A stretch of DNA of 64,000 nucleotides from Cyanophora paradoxa CCMP329 (Eukaryota; Plantae; Glaucophyta), in the NCBI GenBank assembly GCA_004431415.1, contig QPMI01000423.1:62001-126000 (forward strand), read 5' to 3'. Positions within the stretch are counted from its first letter, which is position 1; each line of letters starts with the position of its first letter. Made by a program: the position numbers and the translations under genes. Shown in pieces: positions 48,450 through 60,537 of this stretch. Below the pieces are notes generated by a model, which saw nothing but the letters and a program-made list of their open reading frames with translations, made no database searches and was not told the origin of the DNA.

Positions 48450-51400
48450 ATGCGGACGCCGCCTTCGCTCTCCAAGGGCCCCGCTGCGGCTCGCGGCAGG
48501 GCGGGCGACGACCCCGCGCTCGTCGTCTCGAAAGTCCACGGCACTTGGGCCATTTACCACTGCCATCGCTGGTGCGTTTGCGCCCGCATCGCGCGCTTCC
48601 CTCCGAAGCGCGAGGAATCGATTTCTGACGCGCTAGCTTTGCTGCAGCATGGCAGGCCTACGGAAGAAGCGGGCGTACGTCTGCAAGCGAGCGGGCGCGC
48701 GGCATCTTCTCTGCATCGAGTGCGCGGTGCAGTGCGTCGGGCAGCGGCCGAAGAACAGGTCCCGCGCCTATCTTTGCCCCGTCGCTCACTGCGGCGAGCC
48801 CGAAGCGTGGAAATGCGACTGTCATGATTGCTTCGGTGCGCGAGCGATCTTCTCCGACGCTTCCAAGCGCGCCAGGCGCTCGCGCGTCCGATCGCGAGTC
48901 CAGCTTCTTTCCCGCGGCCGGCGCGGCGCGCTATCGCGCGTCTTGTTCTTTTCCTTTGCCAGCGGTCGCAGATCTGACGCAGGCAATCATGCATCGTCGC
49001 TCGTCGCAGAGATCGGCGACGCGCGGGACGCCAAGGTGCGGAGCGGCGAACGCGCTTTCGATATCGATCTTCGAACGCGCACCGCGGGCCTGGGCCTGGG
49101 CCGCGCGCTGATCATGGCCGCGCTGTGCAGGCGGGGAATTTGGAGGCCTGCAGGGAGTCTGTCGACATCACGACCGCGGACTGGGTCCTTCGGTTGAGCG
49201 CCCGCACGCACCGCGAGCGCCAGGAGCAGGGGCCGCGCCTCGCGACAGCGATGTCTCAGGCATTCTGGATGCCCGCCGGGGACCCGGGCGGCCAGCGGGA
49301 GGTGCCCCCCGCGGCGGCCCTCGAGCGCGCTGCTTCGTTCGCGAACGCTGTCGTCTCCGCTGTCCGCGAGACCGGCTCTACCCCTGCCGGTGCGCTGTCG
49401 AGCCCCTCGCTATCCAGTTTTCCCGCCGGGCATCACTCAGATTTCCCGCAGCGCGCGAGCTGTCGAAGGAGGTCCTGGCTGGCACGGAGGCCGAGGAGGC
49501 GGCGGGCGTCTGCACGGCGGCGGTGCCCATGCGCGCCCTCTTCCTCGGCGCCGCCGGCTCGGGAAAGAGCACGTGCATGGGAGGTCGGCCTCTTTCTCCC
49601 CGCCCGGCCCGCAGCGCTCTTCGAATTCCGACCCTTGCCTCACGCGGCGGCACCGCGCGCAGCGCTGCTGGAGTCGCACGCCCGCCCCGACCCGTTCTGC
49701 GCCGACCTCATGCTCGCGCACTTCGGCACGCCCATCCCCGCGGCCGCGGCGCAGTCGGTGCCGGCGTCTCCGGCGGCGTCGGCGTCGCCGGCCGCGGCCG
49801 GCCGCCTGCTGCGCTCGGGCTCGGGCGCGAGCGCGAGCCCGCGAGCACCGCCCGCGCCCGCCGGCGCCGGCGCCGGCGCCGGCGCCGTGCGCTGGCTGCT
49901 GGACATCGCCCGGGACGCCTCCGCCACCGTGCACGTCTTCCTCCAGGTCGGCCCCGCCTCGCGCCTTGGCTTCGCGCTCTGACTTCCCCGCAGCTCTGCA
50001 TCCCGGGGCCCACCCCGACGTCCTTCCGCTTCGTCGAGACGGACGGCATGGGCCGCGTGCGCCCCCGATTTCCTCCCAATTTCCGATCGAATTTCAACTC
50101 GACGGGGGGCGCCGGCGCAGCTTGTGCTGACGGAGGTGGACTTGGCGTGCCGGGAGGACCGCGCGCTGTACCGGCTACTCTCCCTTGGTACCTCCCGTTT
50201 CCGCGTACGTCCCGTGGCCGCGGCCGCCTCCTCCGCCTCCGCCTCCGCCGCCTCCGCGCCGCGCCCGGGCGCCTTTCTCCTGCAGCCCTGCGCCGAGCCG
50301 GCGGCCCCCAAGTGGGGCGCCAGCGCCGCGTCCGTCCCGCAGCGCCGGCCGGCCTGCGCCGCCGCCGAGCGCGGCTTCGTCGGCTCGCCGGCGAACCCTC
50401 CGGACGACGACCTCCTCACCTACAACCACGACCGGGTCCAGGTCCGCGCTTCTGTCTTAAGCTTCTCCGGCGCGACCGCTGAGCTGTGGATAGGCGACGG
50501 AGTTCTTTCTTAAGGTTGTGGAGGACGCGGCCGGCGGCGGCGGCATCGCCGTCGAGCTCCGCGCCTTGAACCCCGCGGGCCCAGGGGTCGTCCCGCGCGA
50601 GGCGGGGCCCCGCTCCCCCTCGGGCCCCCTCCTCTGCCTCGACCTCGACCGGCCCCAGTACCTCCGCTTCCAGCCCATCATCACGGTCCGCATCCAGTAT
50701 AAGCTTAAGCTTCTCTAGAAATATCATAAGACAGAAGCTTAAGCTCGGCCTCATCCTTCTGAATTTGAAAGCGGCCCGCAGGTCTCCAGCGTGGCGTACT
50801 GGGAGAGCGGCGGAGAGGAGTGCGCCGCGGCCCTCGAGCTGCGCCGCGCCTCGGAGCGAACGAGCACGGGCGGCGCCTCCGCCTCCGCCTCCGCCTCCGC
50901 CTCTTCGTCCTCGTCGGGCCCCGCCGCGTCGCGGCGGTCGACAACGGCCGCGGCGGCGTCCGCCGCCGCGTTGGCGTGGGCGGGGCAGCCGCTCTCGCAC
51001 GTGGACGAGGACGACTTCGGGCTGTACGAGATGGCGGAGGGGGTCTTCCCGGCCTCTGAGAACCCCCAGCGCACGACCATCGCCCCCGAGGCGCGTCTCT
51101 TGCTTCTCACTAGTACTTCTTGCTTCTTGATACTTTACCTAGATGCCCGCTCGATTTCTCTAGATCTGCCTCTTACTCTCCAAGTTTCTTGCTTCGCGCT
51201 TCTCGCTTCTTGATACTCTAGCTTCTTACTACGAGATTCGCGCAGGTGGGGCGCTCCGGGCGGGCCGCGGCGCTGCTCGTCTGCCGGCGGACCGCCATCT
51301 CCCTGCTCGAGCTGCGGCGCCGCTACGAGGCCGCGCTCCGTCGCGGCCCGAAGCGCGAGAAGCCCGCCAAGGTGCCCTAGTGTCTCCGCTAGTCTCTAGC

Positions 51401-54400
51401 CTTCGAGATCTGACAAGGGGGCTCAGAGCGCCACGGAGGAGGAGCTGGCGGCGTTCCAGGCGGAGGAGGAGGAGCGGGAGGCGATCGGCGCCGAGGTCGC
51501 CGCCTGCTTCGCCCTCTCGCCCGCCCAGCGCGACAGCGCCGGCAAGCTCCGCCTCGAACCCGGTGCATTGAAGGTCTACCCCCGTTGCGAAGCGGAATCT
51601 TGGAGATAGCTGCCCAGCTGCAGCCGTTCTGTTTTACTGTTCTCCAGCTGTTTTAAATCGCGCCCTCGAGCTGCCCGTCCGTCCGTCTGACTAGACGTCC
51701 GGCGGGGCCGGCGCCGGCAGGGGAGCTGGCGGTGCCGGAGGACGCGCTGCGGCGCCTCGGGGCCGTGGAGCGGCTGGAGGTGCACGGCGCCCGCCTCGCC
51801 TGCGTCCTCCTCGGCCTCCGCGCCGCTGGCGTCCTGTGCGCACATTTCGAACATTTCGAACATTTTGAAGCGCTTCGAGGATGAGGCGGCGCTCGCAGGG
51901 CCACGACCGGGGAGCAGGCCCTCCCTGGCCTCTTCCACGCCCCCGCGCCGCCCTCCCGCGCCGCCGCGGCCGCCGCCGCCGCCGCTGCGGGCTTGCAGGG
52001 CCCGGCGGCGCGGGCGGAGCCGGCGTGCGGGCAGTGCGCGGAGGGCGGTCCCGTCGTCTTCGAGCTGCCCCTCTCGCTCCCGCCCGGGCTCGCCGGCCTG
52101 ACGCTCCTCGGCTCGCCCGGCGCCACCTCGGAGCTCCCGGTCCGGATCCACTTCTATTGAGCACTTCTCTATAAGAATTCTATAAGACTATAAGACTCTA
52201 TAAGACATCTTATATTAAGCAGGCCCACGAGCGCCGCCACGTGGAGGCGGCCGCCGAGCGCTCCGCCGACGTCGTCCTCCTCGTCGTCCGCGGCAAGCAG
52301 TCCTTAACCGACGTGCGCCATTTTGAAAGCACTTCTACAAGACTTTCTTTTAGCTTCTTACATTAAACAGGTGATCGAGCTGGTGCAGCACGGGGGGAAG
52401 CAGGACGGGACGCCCTCGCGGGCCTGGGGCGACGTCGTGGGCCCGGCCCGCGTGCCCCTCGTCCTGCTGGCCAACGGCGAGGCCGGCCTCCGGGCCGCCC
52501 CCTCCAAGAAGTACATGCGCGACCTTGTGCGCGCGCCTTCTCAGTTTTCAAGTTTTCCTTCTTTTCACTCTGACTTTTCCCTGCAGCTGGAGCCCGCGCG
52601 GCGCGCCATCCGCCGCTGCGTCGCCTCGTCGCTCCTCTCCCGCCGCCGGCGGTCTTCCTCGCAGTCGCAGTCGGCCACGGGCGAGGCCGCCGCCGCCGCG
52701 GAGGTCGCGCCGCAGGGCGCGGCGGACGTCATGAGCCGCGTCCTGCGCTGCGGCGGCCTCTTCCACGACCCGGGCTGGCGCGCGCTCCCCGCCCTGCCAC
52801 GCCTTGACTAAATTAAGCTTCGGTCTCATTTCGTGCAGGCGCGATTCGATCTGGGAGGCGCTGCCGCGGCTCGGGGCCGGCCCGCACGCCTGCCGCGCCA
52901 TCGTCGCCGCCCGCGCCATCACCCGCTCCGTCCTCGTCCCCTTCAACAACGCCTCCACCCCGGCAAGCCTTCGAATATTTTAGACTTTAAATCCTAAATC
53001 CAACGGGCGCCGCGCTGATTTCTGCGCGCGCGCGGCAGGCGCTGACGTTTGCGGAGCTGGAGCAGCAGCCGTCGGCGGTGCGGGAGAAGCTGTGGGACGA
53101 CCTGCGGCGCCCCGCGGGGGCGGCCCTTGCCGCCCTCGCCGCCGACCGCGGTCTCGCCGACGCTCTCCTCAACTCCGCCATGGGCCCCGGGCCCGGGCCA
53201 GCCAGCGCGTTCGGCGGCGGCGGCAGCAGCAGCAGCAGCCATGGCCCCGCGGCCGGGCCCATGGCCTCCAGCGCGGGCGGCGGCGGCGGCGGCGCCGGGG
53301 GCCCGCTGTCAATCCAGGAGCGCTACATGGCCCTCGCGCGCGAGTCGGCGGCGGAGGTCGCCGAGGCCGCCGTCTCCCCGCCGCCCTCGAGCGGCGCTGG
53401 CAGAGCCTCGAGGTCCGCCCCAGCCCTTCACCGCGCCTTGAAGAACATAGCCGAACGCGGCCGGGCAGGCGGAGACGCTGAAGCTGCTGGGGCGGCGGGA
53501 GGAGGTGGAGCGGCGCTGGGCCCGCCGCATGACCCCCAAGGACCCCGTGCGCGCTCCCCCCCCCCCCCCCCCTCCCCCCCCCCTTTATACGTAATAAATA
53601 CGGTTTCACGCTTGGCCATTAATATACCTCAACCATAGAGCATTTATACGAAGCCAACTCCGCTGCTTTCTAGTCCGCTGAGCATTCTCGCTGTGCAGCT
53701 GCTGTGGCTGGTGCTGGACGACGTGGCGGGGAAGGCAGAGCGGGCGGCGGCGGGGTGCGGGCGGCCGGCGGCGCGGGAGGGGAGGGCCCTACGAGGCCCT
53801 CCTCGCCTTCGTCGCCGCCGCCGAGGCCCGCCACCGCGAGGCCCTCGAGGCGAGCGCGCGCCCCGCGCCGCCCCGCACCCTCACGCGCCCCGCGCCCCGC
53901 GCCCCGCGCCCCGCGCCCTTCATCGAAAGCCGAAAGCCTTCATCGATCTAGTCGGCTAGATCTAGCCGCCCTGCCTCCCGCCGCCCCTGCCTCCCGCACT
54001 GATTTTTATCCGCCTTTCACGCTGAACGCGTTCTCTTCCTATGTCACCCGCTCTCGTTCTCTCGCCTGTTTAACTTGATCCGAGCGAGTGCAGGCGACGG
54101 GGGGGCCGCTCCCCGGGACGGACCCGGCGCTGTGGGCGCAGTTCAAGCAGTTCGTCGTCTGGATCCTCTCCACGTGCGCGCCCCGATTCTTTGCGTCATT
54201 GTAGATCAGGCATTTAGGATATTCTTAAAGTGCTTAGATTAGAGCTGCCGAGCGTTTCCGCCAGTCCACGTCGGCACCGCTGACCGCCCCCAACAATAAA
54301 AAGCGTACAATTTGTTTACAACCAACTTAGCCTCTTTATAAATCTGATCTGATCTGATCTGCTCCGACTGCTTTGAAATCTTTGTCGGTACCGCTGACCG

Positions 54401-57072
54401 CCCCCAAGGCAGGCCCTCCTGGAACTGCGGACCCAGGCCCTCCGCGCCTTCAACAAGTCCGCCCCGCCCCGCCCCGCCCCGCCCCGCCCCGCCCCGCCCC
54501 GCCCCGCCCCGCCCCGCCCCGCCCGAGGGCGCGGGGCAGGGCGGAGTGGCCGGGGCGCACGGCGATCTACCGCGTCACGGAGCTGGTCCAGGAGTCCGTC
54601 GCCTGCCTGACGCAGGCGCGCGCGCCCCGGCGCCGCGCGTCCACGCGCGCCCCATCCTGCCCTGACTTGCGTTGACCGAGCAGATCGACCTCGTGCCGAA
54701 GAAGGACAAGTCCTACTCGGCGCGCCGCTTTCGGATCGAACCGAGACATAAATGCCGCCGGGCGCCCTCCAAGTGCCGCTGAAATTTCCGTCTCGTGACA
54801 GGCGGACATGCTGCTGGCGCGCCTGCGGCAGCTCGCGGGGAACGGCAACGCACGCTGGCCGAAGGAGCTTGGGCCCCAGTTCACAATCAACGTGCACGCG
54901 GCGCCCCGCCGACCCCACCTCAGAATTTACCTATTTAGAGCTGGAAAAGCAGAATCTACCTATTTTAGAGCCTGGAAAACAAACAGTGCCCCTCTCCGCG
55001 TCAATAATCTGGTCGGAAATCGAAGCCTAAGCTTGAGTTCGGCGCGCAGGGGGCGAAGCCGGCGGGGCAGGCGGCGGCGACGCGGCGGGGCGCGTCGGCG
55101 GCGGGGGAGGCGGGGGCGCTGCTGCAGGGCGGCCTCCAGTCCCGCGTCGCCACCGCCCTCCTCACCGCGGCGCGCCCGCTTAGAATGCCTTAATATCTAA
55201 TGCGGGGGGGCCTCAAAATCAATTCGTAATATGAAAGGACCCTAACATGTAATAGAGTGGGGCCTTTATATGTTATAAGGGAGGGCCTTAACGTGTAATA
55301 TGGGGGGGGCCTCGACATGTAATTTGTGATTCGGGAGGGCGCCGCCACCGTGGCACCGCCCTCGTCGCCGCGGCGCGCCCGCCCGCCCCCGCCGCCCCCG
55401 CCGCCCTTCGACCTTGCGCATGCTGATTACGCCTAAGCCGGCGCCCGCCCCGGAAGCCCTTGCGAATCAAGCCTCTAACTTAAGCCTCGAGCCTGTGCGT
55501 GCCGCTCACGCCCGGGCGCAGCTGGAGGAGGCGGGGAAGGAGGCGATGCGGGGCGTGGCGGGGCGCCTCCAGAAGCTCGCCCGCGACCACGCCGCCACCT
55601 TCGCCTCGTGCGCGCGCGGCGCCGCCCTCGCTTTTCCTACGACCAAACGAATAGCGACTTTCCTGTGCTCTCCAAATAATCATGTAAAATAGATAACCTC
55701 TGCCCTCGTCTTTCCTCCGCCCGCCCTTTCCAATTTAGAAAGCCCACCCGCCCCGATCCGCCCTCGACTCTGCTACAGAAATCACTAAACAAAAAACAAC
55801 CAAGCGCCGTTCCAACCGAGTAAGAAACTAACTTGCCTTCCCTTCTAAAACTCTCCTCCCAGGAGCCTCGGGGAGCTGGAGCGGCGGTACGAGCGGCAGC
55901 AGATCGCGGGCTTCTGCGCCGCCCACTGCGCCCTCTCCGCCCTCACCGCCGCCCTCTCCGACCTCGTCTCCCAGTGCGCCCCCTCCGACCCCGTTTAGCT
56001 ATATGCGTTATTATCTTGTCTTTAGCTATATATGTTATTATAAGCCACTTGTCTTTAGCATATTTGTAATTATCGACCTCGCGCCGCCCTCTCCGACCTC
56101 GTCTCCCAGTTCGCTCTCTTAAGCTTTGAGCTCTCTGCAGCCGCCCGCCCTGTTTATAAATATGTGATTATAAGCCACATCCGCACAGCAAAAGAGAGCA
56201 GCCCGCGGCCGCTTCTTTCTTTCGGTAGCCCGGCTGCTCGCCTCTTTCTGCCTCTGCAGCCCGGCCGTTCGCCCTTCTGAAAGGTGCGCGCGCGTGCGCA
56301 GGCTGCAGGGGCGGCGGGACGAGGCGGACGGGGCGATGGCGGAGGCGCGGGCGGCGTTTCTCGAAGCTCTGGACGCCGACGCGGAGGAGGAGGACGAGGA
56401 GGACGCGGGGGAGGAGGAGGAGGAGGGGGAGGAGGAGGAGGAGGAGCCGACGGTGGACATCGACGAGGGCGAGGGCGAGGAGGAGGGGGAGGGGGAGGAG
56501 GGCCGGGGGGTACGCTCTGCCCTCGTTCGTCCCCGCTCTGCGCATGACCCGGCCCGCTCTTCGAACAATCTAGGAGAAATCGCCTTTAGATCGCGCCCTT
56601 CTGCCGGCCGACGTCGACGGTTCGGCAGGGGCCGGCGGGCGCTGCGGCAGCGGTCGAGCGGGAGGAGGCGTCGCCCGTCGCCGGCCGCGACGGGCCCCGG
56701 CGCCGCCCCGAGGCCGCGACCCGGCCCGCGCCGCCGCGGCGGCCTCCTCCGGCTCCCCGGCGGCGGCCGCTGCGGCGGCCCGCGGGGCGCGCACGCCCGC
56801 CGGCTCCCGCTCGGCCTCCGGTCAGCTTCCTGGACTCGCCCAAGCTTTAAGGGTCCAGGCGCTCTCCTCTAATGCAGAGCGCAGCGGCGGAGGGCCTCGG
56901 TCGGGAGGGGGGCGCCGGGCCAGAGCCCGCGCCGCGGGGCTCCGCGCTCCGCTCGCAAGCGGGCCGTCCCGGATCCAGACCTGGCCGAGGGCGCCCGCGG
57001 CGAGGCTGGCGCGGGGCATGGGCCGCCGCGCACGGCCACCGGATCGGGTCGCGGGCCTCGCGGCCAGCGGTA
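48450..57072 (+). CDS. Large protein: N-terminal zf-4CXXC_R1-like zinc finger + dynamin-superfamily (NUGGC/BDLP-like) degenerate GTPase + helical/acidic C-terminus (3' end approximate)
   Basis: YHCHRC|MAGLRKKRAYVCKRAGARHLLCIECAVQ...YLCPVAHCGEPEAWKCDCHDCF. P-loop ALFLGAAGSGKSTC (49547-49573). VFPASENPQRTT (G2-like), LAGLTLLGSPG (G3-like, ~52090-52120), ADVVLLVV, PLVLLANGE (G4-like). Glu-rich exon at ~56300-56510. Confidence 0.6.
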
Positions 57073-57508
57073 GCTATATATAGACCCCAGTTTATTTGTA
57101 CAGTATTTATTGATCAATCGCAAGCTCAAGGCGGATCGGCGAAGTCGGCGCACCGGGCGCACTCGCAACTTCAGTCGCAAGGGGTACCGGCCAACTTCCG
57201 GGGGGTACTTTCTGTTCGCTTTAAATTTGTTATGGACGCGCTGCGACCCCGACCTAGCCGGAGTCGAACCAACGTCTAAGGGGTGTCAAGGGCGGCAGTT
57301 CTACCAATAGGCCATCTCGCGAAATAGTGATTCCCCGTCCTCACACTGCGCGCAAGTTGTGTGACGCAACAGCAAAGAAAGACAGGAAAGAAAAAGCGCA
57401 GGGAAAAAAACCGACATCGCTCGCTCGAAATTTCGGTCGAAATCACAGTTAGTAACCGCCCGGTTGCTTTGCATCGGCATCGACACCGTACGCCGTGACG
57501 CGTCAGCG

Positions 57509-57903
57509 ATGGCTGCGGCTACGGGAAAGGAATCTACCATCCTGGACGGTTCGTGGCTCGTGGCAGTTCCAGCTGCCCTTGCAGAACACTTGTACGCTAA
57601 CGACGACTGGCGTGTGAGCAGACATCGAGCGAGTACGAAAGCTCCTTCGCGATGAGCCGCTCAAGCCGCCCATGCTTGTGGTGCGGGGCCGATCGCAATC
57701 GATATGTCGCCACCACGCTGCGGTCTTAGCGTTCGCGTTCTTACGGTCCCGGCCCGCGGCCTGCCTTTCTCCATGGCCAGGTCGTGGGCGACCAGTCGAC
57801 GGGCAAGACTTCCACGCTGGAGCGCCTTGCGGGGGTCGAGCTGCCCCGCGGCGAGGGCATCGTGACGCGCTGCCCGCTCGTCAGCCTCTGGTCTCAATTC
57901 TGA
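57509..57903 (+). pseudogene. N-terminal fragment of an Mx-like dynamin GTPase, apparently frameshifted and truncated
   Basis: DIERVRKLLRDEPLKPPMLV|[33 protein letters not shown] (57781-57879). A frame break occurs at ~57612-57620. No G3/G4 exons are seen downstream within the window. Confidence 0.8.
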
Positions 57904-58804
57904 CCGAAGGGAAGAAGAGACCAGAGGCTCTACTGCCGACTTTTGATCCGTGAATCGAGGTTACTCTCGAGCTTTTGGGTATTAGGTATTTGATATATGA
58001 TTGTTAAGAGATTCTATGATGTCATGATGACGATGGACCATTGTTAGAAGATTCGATGACGTCATGATGACGTTAAATGCATTGTAGTAAGATTCTGTCA
58101 GCTGGCTAGTCAGCTGACGGAGGGGGGCTACGCAATCTGACTGTGGGGAGTACGGGTGATTATGCAGCTCCTAGCTAACTTTGCAGTTCCGAGCTCGAGT
58201 GCGCAGCCTGCACCGCTGACCGATCGCTGACCGATCGCGAACGATCGAGATCTAGATCGCAATCTGCTGTACCCTTCTGTTCTGAGCGACAGGCGTACCT
58301 GCAGCTGGCCGAGCTGCCAGGCTGGGTCCCGGCTTCGTTGCAATCGGTACAACTAGTACTGCAGCTGGTTTTTGGCGCTTGTCATCGTGCAGCTCATGCA
58401 TTACAGAAAACTTACCAAACTTAAACTTACCAAAAATATTACTGGTCATCGATATCGCAAAATCACCATGGCCATACTCTTTTTCTACCGGCGCTGGACC
58501 GTTACGTATACGATGATCAGGTAGTCCATGCCGCTTCATGATCAACTAGTACTGTTGCAATTGCGCGCGTTTCGAATTCGTCGGCGCTTCACTTAGTAAA
58601 AGCTTGCCACCGGTAACGGGGTTTCCGGTTGCGCTCGTTTCGTCGGCGCTTAAGCTTGCCACCGGGTTATATAATTATAATGCGTGTGGACAGGTATGGT
58701 ATGCATATGGTATGTGGTATTGGTTTTACTATATGGTATGTGTGTGTCCGCATGCGCAGTGCTAGCCACAGCGCCGGCGCGCGCTGCGCGCGGGCGGGCA
58801 GGAG

Positions 58805-59590
58805 GCTGACAACGTTAACGTACCCGTGTTTTTCTCGTTTTTTTCCCAGAACGGCGGACCAGGTCCGCCGTTCCGATTGTCCCTGTACCCTGTCCTCCGA
58901 CGTGGCTGGGTTCCTATGCCGAGCAGGTGCTCGGCCACAACAGCGGACCGCATCGTCGGGCCCGGGGCAGATCGTACGAAGGAGTCTGACACGATCCCAT
59001 CCAGCTCATGCCTCTGTCGCATTGGTAAGCGTTGTTCTCGTCGGTTTGGTACCGACTCAGTGTTTTTGATGCGAGTGTTTACGACTCAGTGTCTCACTGA
59101 GTCAGCGCCATCTGGTTGGAGCTGCCTGGTTAACGTCGCCGTGGCGGCGCGCGTCGACGTCGAACGGAATTCGAAGCTTAAGCACCCGGTGCGTCGCTTG
59201 CATTCTCGAGCTCGGTCCTCCTTGTTTCGCTCTTCGCACGACAGGGCGAGCATAGGAGCGCTGAAACGCGTCGTCTTGCGGACCCGGAGGATTCGGGGGC
59301 AGCTGCAGATGGCAAGCGGCCTCGCGCGCGGCCGAGCGGCTGGTGCACGTGCGTGCGCTGCTCTTGCATCACGCTTGCTTGAAGCGACGCCCCGCCGACC
59401 GCCCTGCGCAGCGGTGTGCGCACGCTCGTTCCGGATCGATATATCCTCGCATCGGCTCAGCTGGTGTGAGGCCCGCCTTCCCGCCCTTCCCGCTCTAAGC
59501 GGCGCCCCGCTGACCGCCCTGCGCAGCGGTGTGCGCGTGCTCGTTCCTCGCATCGGCTCAACTCCTGTGAGGACCGCCTTCCCGACCTTA
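58805..59590. repeat. Dispersed repeat copy 1 (diverged partner at ~61690-62140; fragment at ~60980-61020)
   Basis: Shared ttttcccagaacggcggacNNNgtccgccgttc...ccctgtaccctgtcc...tatgccgagca.gtgctcggccacaacagcggac.gcatcgtcgggc and tgtgaggcccg...tctaagcggcgcccc. Confidence 0.75.
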
Positions 59591-59627
59591 AGCGTCCCGC
59601 TCTAGATCTAAGCGACGCCCCGCTGGC

Positions 59628-60275
59628 CGCAGCTTGATTCCTCCCTGGGGGACGACGCTGGGCCCGCCCTGACGCCCCTGCCTCCAGGCCCAGGCCTGCG
59701 ACCTCGTCCCTTCGTGCCCTCCGCCTCTCCAGCCCGTGCGCCCCGCCCCCCCTCTCCCCCGCCTTCCCACCTTTTACAACTTCGTACCCCTGTGCCCCTG
59801 GACCGACGCTGGGCACCCGGGTTCCCGTACGCGTGGCAGGCCGGAGGGGCTGCAGGCCCTGGACGGGAGAGGCCTGCAGGCGTAGGCAATCGATCACCTC
59901 TCGGCCTTCGAGATTCTCGAGTTTTCCGGCCTCTGGTCCGTGCGCCTGTACCCCCCGCTGCCCACAGCCCCCTGACGTCCTGCGCGTGCGCAGGCTGCGA
60001 CGCGCGCGCGTTGCTTGGTTTCATGAAAGCGGCCGCCGCGGGCCTCTCGGGCCGGACGTCTCTCGGGCCTTGAGGAGGTGCGGGCCGAGGGGGGGGGGGG
60101 GGGGGGGGGGGGGCGCCGCGGGGGTACTCACCGACGCCCTCGCCGCAGCTTGATTCCTCCCTGGGGGACGACGCTGGGCCCGCCCTGACGCCCCCGCCTC
60201 CAGGCCCAGGCCCGCGACCTCGCCCCTTCGTGCCCTCCGCCTCTCCAGCCCGTGCGCCCCGCCCCCCCTCTCCCT
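59628..60275. repeat. Direct repeat of ~135 bp (59628-59762 and ~60143-60275)
   Basis: cgcagcttgattcctccctgggggacgacgctgggcccgccctgacgccc...cttcgtgccctccgcctctccagcccgtgcgccccgcccc occurs twice, nearly identical. Confidence 0.9.
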
Positions 60276-60499
60276 CCCCTCCCCCCCTTCTCCCCCCCCC
60301 CCCTTGCGGCTTCATGGTGGAGGCAGCCGGGAAGCAGTGGCGACCGTCCCTCGCGCTTGGTGGGCGCCTCCCCGTCCTCCGCTGATCATGAGCGGCGAGT
60401 GCATGCGGTTCGAATCGCGGCGCTTTCGTGGTGGATGCGGATTGGAAGCAGCGCGCGGCGGCCTCCGGATCCGTTCCGCCCCGCGCCTGGTCCGGGCCT

Positions 60500-60537
<38 letters not shown>

